A stretch of 64,000 nucleotides of DNA from Felis catus. Taxonomy: Eukaryota. Numbering within the stretch: the stretch's first letter is position 1; each line of letters opens with the position of its first letter. The stretch is from positions 15,378,001 through 15,442,000 of the forward strand of contig NC_058368.1 in assembly GCF_018350175.1 (NCBI RefSeq), written 5' to 3'. The notes under the pieces were generated by a model. The model had not been told where the DNA came from. It saw only the letters and a program-made list of their open reading frames with translations, and made no database searches. The position numbers and the translations under genes were made by a program. Shown in pieces: positions 25,685-39,860 of this stretch.

Positions 25685-26754
25685 AAATCTCAGCATTCTT
25701 TCAACATGTCAATGTGCCATCTGGAAAAGGGGGCAAGTTAGGAACCTAGTTGTATTGCCCTTCTACATTGTGCTCCAAAATTTATATCTTTCCTTAGCTT
25801 CCAGGTTTTAAAGTTTATTTCATTAAGTTTCCCCACTCCTTGTTAGGATGCTGTTGGGGAATTTTAGTGTTGATAGTTTTTACTATATTTTGCTATATTT
25901 TGTTAGATATTGGGGAAGGAAAAATCTGGAGTGCCATTTCAACCCTGCATTAAATTGAAAGCCCAAAATGCTGTCTTTCTGAAAATGCACAACACAGATT
26001 TCTCTCCAGCCTCAGGACAGGGATAGCTGCACTTCCAAGCAAAGGGTTTGTCTTTATTTCCTGGATTTGGAAAACTGAGTAAGGAATTATACTTGTCACT
26101 TAGAAACTAACTTGAGACCCATTTTTAGCAAAGTGAATAGGATTATAGCATATGTATTTTGGTACTTTCTGTATACCTGCCTTCAACGTATTTCCTTTTC
26201 CTTATTTCCCTTTATTTTCTCACCTCTTAAAAGATCTTGTACTCTAAGTGTCTTTGTAAATAACCTCAGAACCTTTATGGAAGAATGTGAAGTATAAGTT
26301 TATAAATAAACAGTTGGCACCAACATTCTCTCCAAGGTGATAGATCCATTTCCTTGTTCTCTTATCTTTGACAAAATTAAAAAAAAATGCTTTGTTGTTA
26401 CCATCAGTATCCATTGGGAACTAAGGTTATGTTAGCTCTCCTGACATTAGTCTTAAGGCTGATGCCAAAATTATGTTTGTTCTTGATTGTGGGCCCTTCC
26501 TTCCATCTGCACTGAAATACAATTTGCTTCTGCTTCTCTTAAAACATCTGGTTCTCTTTGCATCCTAAAACAGCTTAAAGATCCATAAGCAGCTTAGGTA
26601 CAGGGTGGATACGATACCTGGATATTAATAAATTATCCAAAAATATTTGTAGCACAAAATTTTGAGACTTGAAATTACTGGTCTTTAAGAAGAAAAGCTA
26701 TATAAGTGTTTGATATGCCATCTGAAACCTTGGTTATAAATAGAACTAGAAAAA

Positions 26755-26980
26755 ATTTTTAAAGTTTATTTATTTATTTTGAGAGAGAGAGGGAGCAAGA
26801 GCAAGTGAGCGCATAAGTAGGGGAGGGGCAGAGAGAGAGGGAGAGAGAGGGAATCCCAAGCAGGCTCTGCACTGCCAGCACAGAGCCCGATGCGGGGCTC
26901 AAACCCATGAACTGCAAGATCATGACCCACACCAAAATCAGGAGCTGGACACTTAACTGACTGAGCCACCCAGGCACCCC
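26755..26980 (-). mobile_element. Can-SINE
   Basis: Reverse SINE. Confidence 0.9.
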
Positions 26981-27313
26981 CAGAAAAAAATATTTAAAAA
27001 TCCAACATTTGCTTTGTCTTTTAAAAATAAAATAAAACATTGCAGAAAAAGTTGCAATCCCTCTGACCCTACCTACTCTTACCCCAGTCCCATCCTTGCT
27101 TCAAACTCTCATTATCATGACTTTGGTGAATTTATTTGTGTCAGTGTTTAACCATTTTGTATACATAAACATGTCCCTAAATTTTACAAACCCACACACT
27201 AGGGTTTTCTTTCTGTTACTATGGCTAGATTATTGTGCTCCAACCTAGGGCCAATCCACACCCTGAGCACTGGATCCACCCATTCTTGCTTCATCAAGCA
27301 TATCACTCCACCA

Positions 27314-27520
27314 TGGGTCACCTGGGTGGCTCAATTGGTTAAGCAGCCAACTTTGGCTCAGGTTATGATCTCACAGTTTGTGAGTTCGAGCCCTGCATCA
27401 GCCTCTGTGTTGACAGCTTGGAGCCTGGAGCCTGCTTCAGAGTCTATGTCTCCTTCACTTTCTTCCCCTCCCCTGCTCTCTCTCTCTCAAGAATAAACAC
27501 TTAAAATTTTTTTAAAAAAG
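27314..27520 (+). mobile_element. Can-SINE
   Basis: TSD tatcactccacca. Confidence 0.9.
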
Positions 27521-27539
27521 AGTATCACTCCACCAATTA

Positions 27540-28150
27540 TTCCTTTGTCTTCAATGTCATCAGATTTTCCCTCTCCATTAAATCGTTCATTTCCAATGGC
27601 ATACAAATGTGCTTAAACACTTCTATCTCAAAACAAGCCTCCTCTAACCTACATCCCTCCTCTAGCTCCCATCAAGTCCCTCTGTTCTCATATACTGCTC
27701 CTCAAGCTATATAAACACGTGTCTCCAATTCCTCTTCTTTCTCTCGTGCTCACTGTAGGTTTTCCTACTCACCCCTCCACCAAAACAGCTCTTCTCAGTG
27801 GCAGCTCCCTGTTGCCGGATCTAGCCACCAACTATCAGTTCTTATTTTACTTAATCGAACTGAGTAATTTTACAGAGTTAGTTTTTGCTTTCTAAATATC
27901 TTCTTCACTTGGCTTTCAAAACTCCACTCATTCTTAACTCTCTTCTTGTTTTATTGGCCTCACATTCTGCGTTTCCCCAATCTGTAAACAATGGAACTCA
28001 CAGGGCTCATTTTCTTCTCTTCTTTCTCAATACTTAATCCCTAAGTGACCCTGCACAATTTCCTGGCATCATTACCATTGACACACCAATAACTCCCCAA
28101 ATTTGTGCTTAACTATCCATTCCCATTTTTTTTTTTTTCTGCCAGAAGTG
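27540..28150 (+). mobile_element. L2 fragment
   Basis: Pyrimidine-rich L2-like motifs (ccctccaccaaaacagctctt; ttcttcacttggctttca). Confidence 0.55.
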
Positions 28151-28532
28151 AGAATCTCCTCTCAAAGCATTCCAGCACCAGATATCTAATAAGTTTCTTC
28201 TCCTGGGAGATATTCCTCTTGTTCTGGTCTTTTTGTTCTGGCTGTATTTCTCTGAAATCTGCTGTGTATTTTCACCCCAAGATCTCCTTTCATCTCTCTT
28301 CTGTCTTGGATTTCTCGTTTCATAGGCTACAAAGATTACATATTCTTGTTTTATGTTTCCACTTTCATAGAGAACAGTCCCCAACTGCATTTGTAGGTAG
28401 GTAAAATGTTTGTGATCTTTCATGTTTGAATATACCTCCATTCTGACCTCACTTAGTTTGAATACTTGACCTAGCACAGATTTTAGTTAAGAAAGTATGT
28501 TCATCAGAATGTTTTAAAAATTGCTTATTTTT

Positions 28533-28752
28533 GGGGGCACTTGGGTGGCTCAGTCGGTTAAGTGGCCGACTTCGGCTCAGGTCACGATCTCACACTCCGT
28601 GAGTTCGAGCCCCGCGTCGGGCTCTGTGCTGACCGCTCAGAGCCTGGAGCCTGTTTCAGATTCTGTGTCTCCCTCTCTCTCTGACCCTCCCCCGTTCATG
28701 CTCTGTCTGTCTCTGTCTCAAAAATAAATAAAACGTTAAAAAAAATTAAAAA
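28533..28752 (+). mobile_element. Can-SINE
   Basis: TSD aaaaattgcttattttt. Confidence 0.95.
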
Positions 28753-28759
28753 AAATTGC

Positions 28760-30000
28760 TTATTTTTTAAGCTTCCAGTGTTGCTATTTTCCTTTGCGTA
28801 TGACCTTTTTGGGGGGTAGTTTTTTAATCACTTTTTTTCCCACTTTAGAAGCCTTATAATTTCTCCTTGAGCCCGGTTCTAAAATTTTATGATGCTATGT
28901 GTTGGTGTGGGTCTTTATTCTGCCATTATGCTGGGCACTAGATGGGCTCTGTCGGCCTGGGGACATGTGTCTTCTTGTTCTGGAGAATGCTCTTTAATTA
29001 TAATAATTAATTTCCTTTTCTTTCATTTTCTTTCCTTCTAGTTCTGGTACTATTATTCAGATGTTGGACCTTCCAGATTGGCCTCTAATTTTCTATATTT
29101 TTCATCTTTTTTATGTATTTTCTACTTTCTTAGAGATTCTCTTCTCTTATTTTTCAAACCTTGTATTTGACTTTTCATTTGTGTTATATTTTTAATTTCC
29201 AAGTGTTCTTTTTTGGTCTTCCAGTATTGTTTTTAAAGGAATTTTCACTCTGCTTCATGATTGCAATATTTTATCTAGTTTGTGTGTGTGTGTGTGTGCG
29301 TTAACATTTCTTCTCCAATCTTCTCCAATCTCCAATGTCTCTATTGTTTTTAATTTCCTTTTCTAGTTTTTGTTAGTTATTACTTGGGGGAGGGGAGGGA
29401 AGAATTTCCACTTTTCGTGTTGGAAACTTTCCTCTGCTGGTGGTCAGTGGCTCTATCATCATACTCAAGAGTGGTGCAGTCAAAAGCTAATTGGAGCCTT
29501 TGAATAAATCAGTGAGTCTGCAGGTGATTTGACCAGACTGTTTTACTCTGGGACACACCAGTGTCAGTATCTTTAGATCTTTTCTTTCAGCAAGTCAGAA
29601 CCCCTAGGGAACAATCTTCCAATTTCTGCTTTGAAGATGTAAACCTGGCTGCTGCAAGCTAGGGAGAGAAGGGGCCACTCTTATTTCAGAATGTGAATTT
29701 CACTTCTTCCCATTTCCAGTGTTGTACCTTTTCTTCAGCTAGGTCTTGTGGCCCCCTAGTCCAGCATTCTTCTCGTTTACCTTCTCCAGAGTGTCAAACC
29801 TCTAGCCTTCCTCCAGGGTGAGGAAAGAGCCTTCTTTCAGTTACTAATATGGAATGGATTATGAAGATATATGAGCTCACTTAGACTTTCAACCACTCTT
29901 ACCTTTTGGGCCCCCAAGTTTCCCTCTTCTTTCAGTAACTCGCCATACCAATTAATTCCCAAGCCTTTCTGTGGTACCAAAATATTGTTGCTGTGTCCTT
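28760..30000 (-). mobile_element. Ancient L1/HAL1-like 5'/ORF1 fragment
   Basis: T-rich reverse ORF1-like sequence (gatgctatgtgttggtgtgggtctt...cagatgttggacctt). Confidence 0.5.
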
Positions 30001-30044
30001 CTCTCCTTATTTCTTTGTCCTTGTGAGGTTTCTACATTTTTATC

Positions 30045-30255
30045 CTTAAATGTTTATTTACTTATTTTTGAGAGAGAGACAGCATGCACATGAGCAAGGG
30101 AGGGGCAGAGAAAGAGGGAGACAGAGGGTCCCAAGTAGGCTCCACACTGTCAGCTCACAGCTTGATGTGGGGCTTGAACTCACAAACCATGAGATCAAGA
30201 CTGAGCTGAAATCAAGAGTAGGATGCTTAACCAAGTGAGCCACCAAGGTGCCCCC
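30045..30255 (-). mobile_element. Can-SINE
   Basis: Reverse SINE. Confidence 0.9.
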
Positions 30256-31038
30256 TCTTTTTTTAATGTTTATTATTTTTATCCTTTAAGTGTTAGTGAT
30301 ATTTAGAGAGGTAGAGGAGGTAAACATGTGCCATCATTCTGTTGTCTTATTGTTTATTTATTTTTTAATTATCTCCCATATAGATCTTTGTAATTTTGGT
30401 ATAGAAAAAGGTTTTAATATTTTTTTTATGAGTTTATGTATTTTTAAAGAAATATTACCTATCTCAGGCTTATAAAGATTTTTGTTTGTTTTCTTTTAAT
30501 AGTTAAAATATTTTTACAGGTAGATTTTCTAATCCTCTGGAATTACTTTTTAAATATGGTGTGAGCATTTAAACTTTTTTTTTCCATATGAGAATCTAGT
30601 TGTCCCAATACCATCAGTAGAATGATTCCCCTTTCTTTCACTGATTTTTAATACTACCTGTGTTATATTAAAATTTTTCATATATGATTGGCTCTCTGAC
30701 CTTTCTGAGCTCTGATTTTGATCTGTTTGTTTCTATATCACTATCACACTGTTTAATTTACTATAGTTATGCAATGAGTGTGATCTCTGGCAGGGCAAAA
30801 CCCTCCTCCCTGCTTATTCTTTTTCTCAATTTCTCTTGGTTATTCTTAGATATTTACTATTCCACATGGATTTTAAAATCAGATATCAAAAAAGTGCCAT
30901 ATGATTTTCTGGAGTGAAGGTGATTTGAAATAGTAAATCAATTTGTGGAAAACTGGTATCTTTATGATAATCAAGTTTTTGTATCTATAGAGAATACCTG
31001 CCCCCCCTCATTTATTTAGGTTTCCTTATTTTCATCAA

Positions 31039-31120
31039 TATTAAGCTAAACCATACGAAGTTGCCGTACTTGATAATTTTTGACCTACAAAAAGGGAATT
31101 TCATACAGTTCAATCTAACA
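31039..31120. mobile_element. MADE2-like mariner MITE
   Basis: About 80 bp with imperfect terminal inverted repeats ttaagctaaaccatacgaagtt / aatttcatacagttcaatctaa. Confidence 0.7.
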
Positions 31121-31140
31121 CTTTAAAAATATCCCAGAAA

Positions 31141-31322
31141 GGGGGCCCCTGGGTGGCTCGGTAGGTTAAGCGCCCAACTTTGACTCTGGTCATGATCTTG
31201 CAGTTTTTGCCTCATATCAGGGCTGTCAGCTCAGAGCTGGCTTCAGATCCTTTGTCCCCCTCTCTCTTCTGCCCCTCCCACACTCATGCTGTCTCTCTGT
31301 CTCTTAAAACAAACAAACAAAA
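31141..31322 (+). mobile_element. Can-SINE (internally deleted)
   Basis: SINE head and CT tract. Confidence 0.85.
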
Positions 31323-31869
31323 TTCCATAGTTCTCTTATACTACTTCAGGTAGACTCTTTTGTGTTACTTTTCTTTTTTTCCTTGCTGTTGGGAATAGGG
31401 TTTTTCTTATTATGCATTCTAATTGTTTACTAGGAGAGCTACTGACCTTTTTTATTTTTTTAATTGATCTTATAGCCAGCAACCTTCTAAACTATCTTGT
31501 TAGTTTTGATAACTGGTTCAGAGGTGGAGAGCTTTCTTACTTTATTCTTTATTTTCTGGAAGAGTTTTATAAAAAAGAAATAATCATTGCAGACTTAATA
31601 AAATTCACCCATAAAATCATCTGATAGTGTAATTTTATTAAGGAGATTTTAATAATCAAAGGTTTTAATTTATTCAATAGGTTTTCTATTTACTGAATGA
31701 ATTTTTAATAATTCATATTTTTCTAAATGTTTTACATTTTATTAAAGTTTACAAAATCATTGACATTAATTTGTTTATAATAGTCACAAATTTAAATCTA
31801 CTCTATCTGTAGTTCTGTTACTTTATTGTTCTAAATTGTTTAACTTTTCTCTACTTTTCTAATTTTTTT

Positions 31870-31910
31870 AATTAAAAATTTTTTAATGTTTATTATTTTT
31901 TTTTATTTTT

Positions 31911-31948
<38 letters not shown>

Positions 31949-32332
31949 CAGAGCATGAGCAGGGGAGGGGCAGAGAGAGAGGCAGACACAGAATCCGAAG
32001 CAGGCTCCAGGCTCTGAGCTGTCAGCACAGAGCCCAACAAAGGGCTGGAACCCACGAACTGTGAGATCATGACCTGAGCCAAAGTTGGACGCTTAACCAA
32101 CAGAGCCACCCAGGCGTCCCCTTTTTTAATTTGCTTAATGTTTATTTATATTTGAGAGAGAGTGAGAGAGCACTCAAGCGGCAGAGGGCAGAGAGAAAGG
32201 GAGACAGAATCTGAAGCAGGCTCCAGGCTCCAAGCTGCTCCAGAACCCCAAGCGGAGCCTGAACTCATGAGCGGTGAGATCATAACCTGAGCCGAAGTCG
32301 GACACTTAACCGACTGAGCCATCCAGGCGCCC
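31870..32332 (-). mobile_element. Two Can-SINEs, one inserted in the tail of the other
   Basis: Outer TSD aacttttctctactttt at 31842-31858 and 32333-32349; junction ~32121. Confidence 0.9.
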
Positions 32333-32374
32333 AACTTTTCTCTACTTTTGTTCATCAGACTTGACAAGAGTCTA

Positions 32375-32580
32375 TTTTTTTTTTTTTTAATATTCATTTG
32401 TTTTGAGAGAGAATGCACGCAAGCACAAGTGGGCAAAGAGTGGAGAAAGAGGGAGAGAGAATCCCAAGCAAGCTCTGAGCTATCCACACAGGCACAGGGT
32501 CTGATCACAAACCGTGAGAGCATGAACTGAGCTGGTATCAAGAGTCAGAGGCTTAACCGACTGAGCAACCCAGGTGCCCC
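32375..32580 (-). mobile_element. Can-SINE
   Basis: TSD acaa(g/a)agtctat. Confidence 0.9.
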
Positions 32581-34846
32581 AACAAAAGTCTATCCTATAT
32601 GTCTTTTTAAAGAACTGGCTTTTATTACGTTGTACCTAATTTGCTTATTTTTTAAAAATTAAATGCATTTTTTTGCTTTTAGTTTTCTAATTATTTTAAT
32701 TTATTTAGGTTTAATTCTTAATTCTTAATTTCCTCTAATTCCTTGAGTTGAACACAGATTATTTTTCAAGCTTTCTCTTTTTAAAATTAATACATGTACA
32801 TATGAAAAGTTTCATTTAAATACTGCTTTATCTGCATTCCATGAACCATTAATATGCATTTTTGTTGTTCACCTCTAAATATTTATATTTAGTCCATGAA
32901 TTGATTACTGGAATTCTGAACATTCTCTTTAAAGTTGGTATCTAATTTTATTGTACTGTTTATCAGGGAATGTGGTCTGAATGATATCAAATGTTTGCAG
33001 TTTGTTGAATCATCCTCTGGGACACAGCTATAAACAATTTTTATAACTGTTTCAGGTGTCCTTGAGAAGAATGTATGTCTCTATTTCTTGGGCAGAGTTC
33101 TATGTATCTATTACATCAAGACTGTTTATAGTACCATTCAAATCTAATATATTCTTACCATATATATATATATTTTTTTTTTTTTGTTTTGTTTTTTGCT
33201 TAGCCTTTTATGTTCCAAGAAAGGTGTGTTAAAATACTCTACAATTATCATTGATTTATTCATTTCTCTTTGTGATTTTCTCAGTGTTTGCTTCACATAT
33301 TTTGTGGCTCAGTTATTAAGGATTAGAATGGTTTCTTGATGGATTAGTCTTTTTATTAACATGAAATGTCTTCCTTTGTCCATATTAATGCAATTTGCTG
33401 GAAGTTCTACTTGGACAAGTATTAATTTCTCTACACCAGTTTTCTTGGGTTAGTATTTCCCTGCTATTATCTTTATCATATTTTAATTTTCAACCCATTC
33501 TTTGGTGTCATTGTGTTTCATAAAACTGATTTTGTTCTTTCATCAATTTGAGAGTCTTTTAATTTTAGTAAGTGAGCTTAATTCATTTGTATTAGTTTTG
33601 GTTACTGAAATGTTTAGACTCATTTTATCATTTTTACCTTCACTTTCATAGTGACCATGAGTTCTCTTTGCTTTTTACTTATTTCCTCTGGTCAGTGAAT
33701 TGTTACAATCTAACAACTTAGATATTTTTTTTTTCAATTATGGATAATTTTCAGCCTTTCTCCCTTCAAGTGCTTCCTTTCTGCCATATTCATTTTTACC
33801 TATTTCTAGGTTTCCTACTAATTATACTAAACTTTTGATCTATCTACCATCTGTCTTATTTTATCTTCCATATTTTCTATCACTTAACTTCTCTGTATTG
33901 TGCTCTTTGGTTTTGTCCTGTTAGGTAGATTTTTCTCAACTGTATTAAATCTACTCCTCATCATGTATATTCCCTTTTTAAAAATTTTATTGAAATTTTC
34001 AAGATTTCCAATGGTGGTTTTTGTTTATATCTGCATGTTTGTGCTGCATAGCCTTTGTTTTTCATTGGAAGGATGCTACCAGCTTTTTAAAATATCTTTA
34101 GGTGCAGTTTCAGCACGCACATTTTATAATCTTTTTTGAACTTCATTATTTCTGTCTCCATGGGAATTAATTCTCCCATTTGTTACATCAGTTGACTACC
34201 TCTCTTAATGATGCATTTCCTCATGCATTTATCACTTTTGTCGAGATCTTTTACAGAGGAGCTTTCCTTCTCATGCAAACTCCTCATTTCATGTGTTTTT
34301 GTTTTTCTGTTTTTCAGTTGCCTCGGGAAGGCCCTCCAGGTTGAATGGACACAAACTAATCTTTAGCTGGAGGCTTGTAGGCTTTATCTACATGAGGAAA
34401 ACTATTTTGGATGTCATGTCCACATACCATCTTGACTAAGGTGTTCTCATGATTGCTTCTCTTTTCTTTCAAGGTCACAGGAAAGTGGCATATTGTTGTC
34501 ATGTCCTGGAGTTCCAAATAAAATTACTTCAGGTCATTTCACTGTTAGTAGAGTTATCTGGCACCCACCTTCATTCTGGTCTTTGGCCATAAAAGGGTTA
34601 TGGCCATTAACAATTTCTTTGTGAACCTTGTAACATTCAAATCCATTTTCTGCATCTATGTACTCTTTTCTGTGAGTCCCATTTCTAATCCCCACTATGC
34701 CCTCTTTTGTGTTCCTGGGACATGGAAATTCTTCTATTATCCCTTGTAAACAGAAATATTTAAATATATTTAACATATTTCACATTTAATTTGTACATTA
34801 ATTAATAAAGTATTAGGTATATTTTAATATTTAAAAAATATATTTC

Positions 34847-35075
34847 AGGGGCGCCTAGGTGGCTAAGTCAGTTGGGCATCTGACTTTGGCTCAGGCCATG
34901 ATCTTGCGGTTCCTGGGTTCAAGCCCCAAATCGGGCTCTGTTCTGACATCTCAGAGCCTGGAGCCTGCTTTAGATTCTGTGTCTCTGTCTCTCTCTGCCC
35001 CTCCCCTGTCTGCACTCTGTCTCTCTCTCTCTCAAAAATAAATAAACATTAAAAATAATAATAATTAAAAAATAA
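34847..35075 (+). mobile_element. Can-SINE
   Basis: TSD atatatttca. Confidence 0.9.
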
Positions 35076-35176
35076 AAATATATATTTCATTCAAATTTCT
35101 GTTCTTTCAGAGCAAAAGATGGATGATTTTGTAGTGGCTCACTCAGCTGTATCAGTTGATGTCCAAATCCACTTAC

Positions 35177-35302
35177 CAAATCTTTCCATTAAGAGTATTA
35201 TATGTACCAAATTGTTCTTGTTTACAATGATAAGAAGAAGCCACTTTTGAATAAGAACAAAGCTCCAACAAAGCAAAAGTAAAAACAAACAAAAAGAAAG
35301 AC
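35177..35302 (-). pseudogene. Candidate exon (126 bp, or 86 bp from alternative acceptor 35262)
   Basis: Donor TTTG|gtaagtg; open frame ...LELCSYSKVASSYHCKQEQFGTYNTLNGKI. Confidence 0.4.
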
Positions 35303-36349
35303 CTGAAGAATCACCATTGTATTTTTGTTCTTTGTAATTTTGAAATATCATAAGAATAAGACCATATGATATGAAATAGGATAAGAATAAGAATAGTAAT
35401 TTCTTTTTTTCCCATATTGGACACTATTAAATATAGGTTTTTTTCATGAATATTTTCAAATAGCCTTCTTTATGGCATGCTGTCAAAGTAATTAAAGCAA
35501 TGGATATAATTCTAGTACTTTGAAAGTATTCTTCACTTGCTAATAACTGGATATAGATCTATAGTTATTTGATTGGTTTTTGTCAAGAATATTTTCTCCT
35601 TACTCTAAAACTTCATATATATGTACTCAGGGAAGTTTTGCTTGGAACATCACAACTCCTTCCTGCAATAAAAGTTTTGCTACAGAATGTGTTTAGTGTA
35701 CACACATACCACAATTCTCCTGTGAACTTTTTCTGAACTTTACAGTGGATGATAGTGCAGAAGGTAGCTCTGATCTTAATAAAAAATAGGTTGAAAATTC
35801 TTAATTTTCTTGCTTCATGACTTGCTTACATAAAAAAATTTTTAAAAATCTCATCCTTAAAATCTAGATATTTGGGTTTAAATACATTTATAATTGAGTT
35901 TCATGGTTTAAATTTTAAGCACAGAGCAGAATAAAAATCTATGACTCAACAAAGGATCTACAGAGTAATCCTTATTTGTTTTACTGAATATTACTGATTT
36001 ATGTCTATTTATGAGTTCCCAGAGATAAAGTGAGATTCTAAAAATGGTGTGAGGCCTTTCATTTATTATCTTTTTAAAGTCTGCAGACTCTGAAGTAATA
36101 ACCTATCTTTCATTTCTAGTATTGATGATTAGTGTTCTTTCTCTTTATTGGTTCAGCTAAGTATTTGTTGAAATTAATCTTTTCAATAAACTATAATTTG
36201 ACTTTGTTAATTTTCTCTTTTGCTTATTTCTACTTATTTTTTTTTTTAAGTTTTGTCCCTATCTTTATTATTTCCTCTGTTTGGTTTACTTTTGGTTTAA
36301 TTTTTTCTTCTCTAACTTCTTAAGGTGTTGGCAACCTTAGATGACTTAT

Positions 36350-36571
36350 TTTATATTTTTCTTTTTTTTAAGTTTTTATTTATTTTGAGAGAGGCAGAAA
36401 CAGCATAAGTGGGGGAGGGGCAGAGAGAGAAGGAGAGAAAGACTCTCAAGCAGGCTCTGCACTGTCATCTCAGAGCCTGATGTGGGGCTCAAACTCACGA
36501 AACCATGAGATCATGACCTAAGCTGAAACCAAGAGTTGGATGCTTAACTGACTAAGCCACTCAGGCACCCC
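36350..36571 (-). mobile_element. Can-SINE
   Basis: Reverse SINE. Confidence 0.9.
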
Positions 36572-37551
36572 ATCTTTTTTTAAATATAGGCACTTAAAAC
36601 TATTTTCCCTTTAACTCATTTCTTTAGCTGCATTCTACATGTTTTGATAGGTTACATTATCATTATCTTTCAATGCAAAATATTTTCTAATTTCTCTTAT
36701 ATTTCTTCTTTGATCCATGAATAATTTAGAAAGGTTCTTTTTAATTCCCAAATATTTATAATTTCCTCTGAAATAAGATTATTCTTGCTGACTTATTTCT
36801 GATTTATTGATTTGTTTCAGACAATCTACTTTATAGGATTTTAAATTTTTTTAACTTATTGAAATTTGTTTAATGCCACAACATATAGTCGGTATGAAGA
36901 ATGTACTTTGAAAAGAAGTGTATTTTGAAGTTCTATAAATGATGTTCTGTAAATCTCAATTAGATTATGGGAATTGATAGTGTTAAAATCTTCTATGTCT
37001 ACTGAATCTTCTTAAAGTCCAGATGTTGTATTAATTGATAAGAAAGGAGTCTTGAATATAATACTATGTGGAATCATCTCTTTTTCCCTTTATTCTATTT
37101 TTGCTTTAAGTATTGTGAAGCTATGTTAATAGGCCCAGGCACATTATAATGTCTACTAATGATCTATCCCTTTTCTCATAATGAAATATCCCTCTTCATC
37201 TCTGCTGATATTCTTTGTCTGGAAGTTTATTTTATCTGATATGAATATAGCTACTCCAGCTTTCTTATGCTTACTTTGTGCATAGTATGTATTTTTCCAT
37301 CCAATTATTTTCAACCTAGCTGTGTCTTTCTATTTAAAGTACTTCTTTTATGAGCGGCATGTATCGTAGTCTTGCTTCTGTCCACGCTGACAGTCTCTGT
37401 CTTTTAATTATAGTGTTTTATATCACTAACACTTAATGTAATTATTGATATGGCTTGGATTTAGGTCTACCACTTTATTATTTGTTTTTTTGTTTGTCCC
37501 TTCTGTTTTCATTCCTTTTCTTTTAGATTATTTGAATATTTAAAAATATTC

Positions 37552-37888
37552 CTGCAATGAACTAAATGTGTTCTCCCAAAATTCATACGTCGAAGCCTTG
37601 ATCCCCCTGTGACGATAGTATTTGGAGATAAGACCTTTGGGGGCAATTAGGTCATGAGAGTGGAGTCTTTATGATGGGATAAGTGCCCTTATAAGAGGCA
37701 CTAGAGAGATGATCTCTCTCTTGGCTGAGACAGCTGTTTATAAACGAGGAAAAGTGCTCTCACAAGACACCAAATTTGCTGGCAAAATTGATCTTGGACT
37801 TCCCAGTCTCCAGAACTATAATAAATAAATGTTTCCTGCTTAAGCCACCCAGTCTATGTTATGTTTGTTTGTGACCTGAACTAAGACG
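37552..37888 (+). mobile_element. MLT1A-like MaLR solo LTR
   Basis: cccaaaattcatacgtcgaagcc...gatcttggacttcccagtctccagaact...gaactaagac. Confidence 0.85.
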
Positions 37889-38477
37889 ATATTATACCTT
37901 ACCCATCAGATCTTTATACTTCTTTGACTCTTCTATTATTGTTTCTTTTAGTGTTTGTCTAGGGATTATAATACATATGCCAAACCTTTCATAGTCTACT
38001 AAGAACATGGTTCCAGTTCCTGTAATATGTAGAAATCCTGCAACTACATAGGGCCCTTTAACCTCCCCAGCCTCAGATGTCTTTTATGAGTCTATTGTCA
38101 TATACATCATATCTACAAACACTAAAAACTTCATAAGACAATGTTATAATTTTTGTTTTAAATAGTCATATGTATTTTTAGAGAATTCAAGAAAAAAAGT
38201 TACTTATATTTACTCATATTAAATATTATAAATATTTATTATATTTGCAATTTCTGATGTTCTTCATTTCTAAAGATCCAGATTTACTTCTGGTACCATT
38301 TCCCTTCAGCCTGAAGAATTCCTTTAGCATTTCTTTCAGGCTAGGTTTGCTGTTCTTCATCATAAGATTCTAATGGGTGATTACATTGGAAAGCAAAAAT
38401 CTATGCTAGAGATATTTTTTTCTTCTAAAATGTACTAAGTGTAAGTAAAATGCTAAATATAGTGCTATAGTTATTTT

Positions 38478-38886
38478 CATTTTTTAATACTATTTACTTT
38501 TATTTTTATTTATTTCTGAGAGACACAGCATGAGCGGGGGAAGGGCAGAAAGAGAGGAAGCCACAGAATCTGAAGCAGGCTCCGGCTCTGAGCTGTCAGC
38601 AGAGCCTGACGTGGGGCTCATACTCACAGCCATGAGATCATGACCTGAGCTGAAGTCCAACGCTTAACAGACTGAACAACCCAGGTGCCCCAGTTATTTT
38701 AAATCTTTAAAATATTTATTTTTGAGAGCAAGTGTGAGCAAGGGAGGGGCAGAGAGAGAAGAGAGAGAGAATCCCAAGTAGGCTTTGTCAGTGCAAAGCC
38801 CTACATGGGGCTCAAACCCATGAACCATGAGATCATGACCTGAGCCAAAGTCAGACACTCAACCAACTGAGCTACCCAGCTGCCCC
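38478..38886 (-). mobile_element. Two adjacent Can-SINEs
   Basis: Junction ~38692; outer TSD agtgctatag(t/c)tatttt, inner agttatttt. Confidence 0.9.
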
Positions 38887-39641
38887 AGTGCTATAGCTAT
38901 TTTAATGTTACATAATTGGTTGCCTTTAGGAGATGCTACATGATGAAGACGCAGGTGCAACCACCTGAAACAGGAAAATCTGAAGCTTGGCCCATGCACA
39001 GGTAGCATTTAGCAATCACCCATAACACTGGCAGATGCCTATGATACATTTTCTGATGCTACTCTGAGGCAAAAGTACACTGACTTCTAGGTGGTATTTT
39101 ATCAGTATATTGAAATGTAAAGGAGTCAAGAAAGTTGGGGAAACAACAGGTTATAGGTTATAGTTGGGGTTATACCAGGTCACACCAAAAGACAAAGTGC
39201 TAAAAGAAGGCAGAATGGAGATAGAAACATCTTTCTTCATACCATAAGGTGGCATAAAAGCCAAAATTATGGGCCCTGAAAATTAATGTACGACAAAGCT
39301 TAATATATCATTCGATGATGCTATCAATATCCCCTGTATATGCCCTACTTTCTCAGCTAGGCTGAGAATGAAGAAAAAATAAGCATATGTCCACACAAAG
39401 ACTTGTATATAAATGTTTAGAGCAGCTTTACTTGTAATAGCCAGAAACTGGAGGGGACCCAGTCATATACACTGTACCTAATATATATCAACAGGTGAAT
39501 GGATAACAAATTGTTGGTACATATATGAAATATTAACATATAATATATATTATAAGGGATATTATTAAGAATGCTTTTTTAGTGAACAACTTTTATTTAG
39601 TCTTAGCATTTAGTTTAGTTTTCATAGGAAAAAAAAGCTTT

Positions 39642-39860
39642 TGGGGTGCCTGGGTGGCTCAGTCGGTTAAGCGTCCAACTTCAGCTTAGGTCATGATCTT
39701 GCAGTCTGCGAGTTTGAACCCCACGTCAGGCTCTGTGCTGACAACTCAGAGCCTGGAGCCTGCTTCAGATTCTGTGTCTCCCTGTCAGCCCTCCCTCACT
39801 CACGCTCTGTCTCTGTCTCTCTAAAAAATAAATAAACATTAAAAAAAAGAAAAGAAAAAA
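39642..39860 (+). mobile_element. Can-SINE
   Basis: TSD aaaaaaagctttt. Confidence 0.9.

Larger units (their letters stand above)
30340..34200 (-). mobile_element. Ancient L1 (L1ME-like) fragments with inserted SINEs
   Basis: Reverse ORF2-like motifs (ctagttgtcccaatacca; gagaagaatgtatgtctct). Confidence 0.65.
36050..38345 (-). mobile_element. Old L1M (ORF2 endonuclease region to inter-ORF) with inserted SINE and MLT1
   Basis: Reverse L1 motifs (tctgatatgaatatagctactccagctttc; cttcagcctgaagaattcctttagcatt). Confidence 0.75.
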
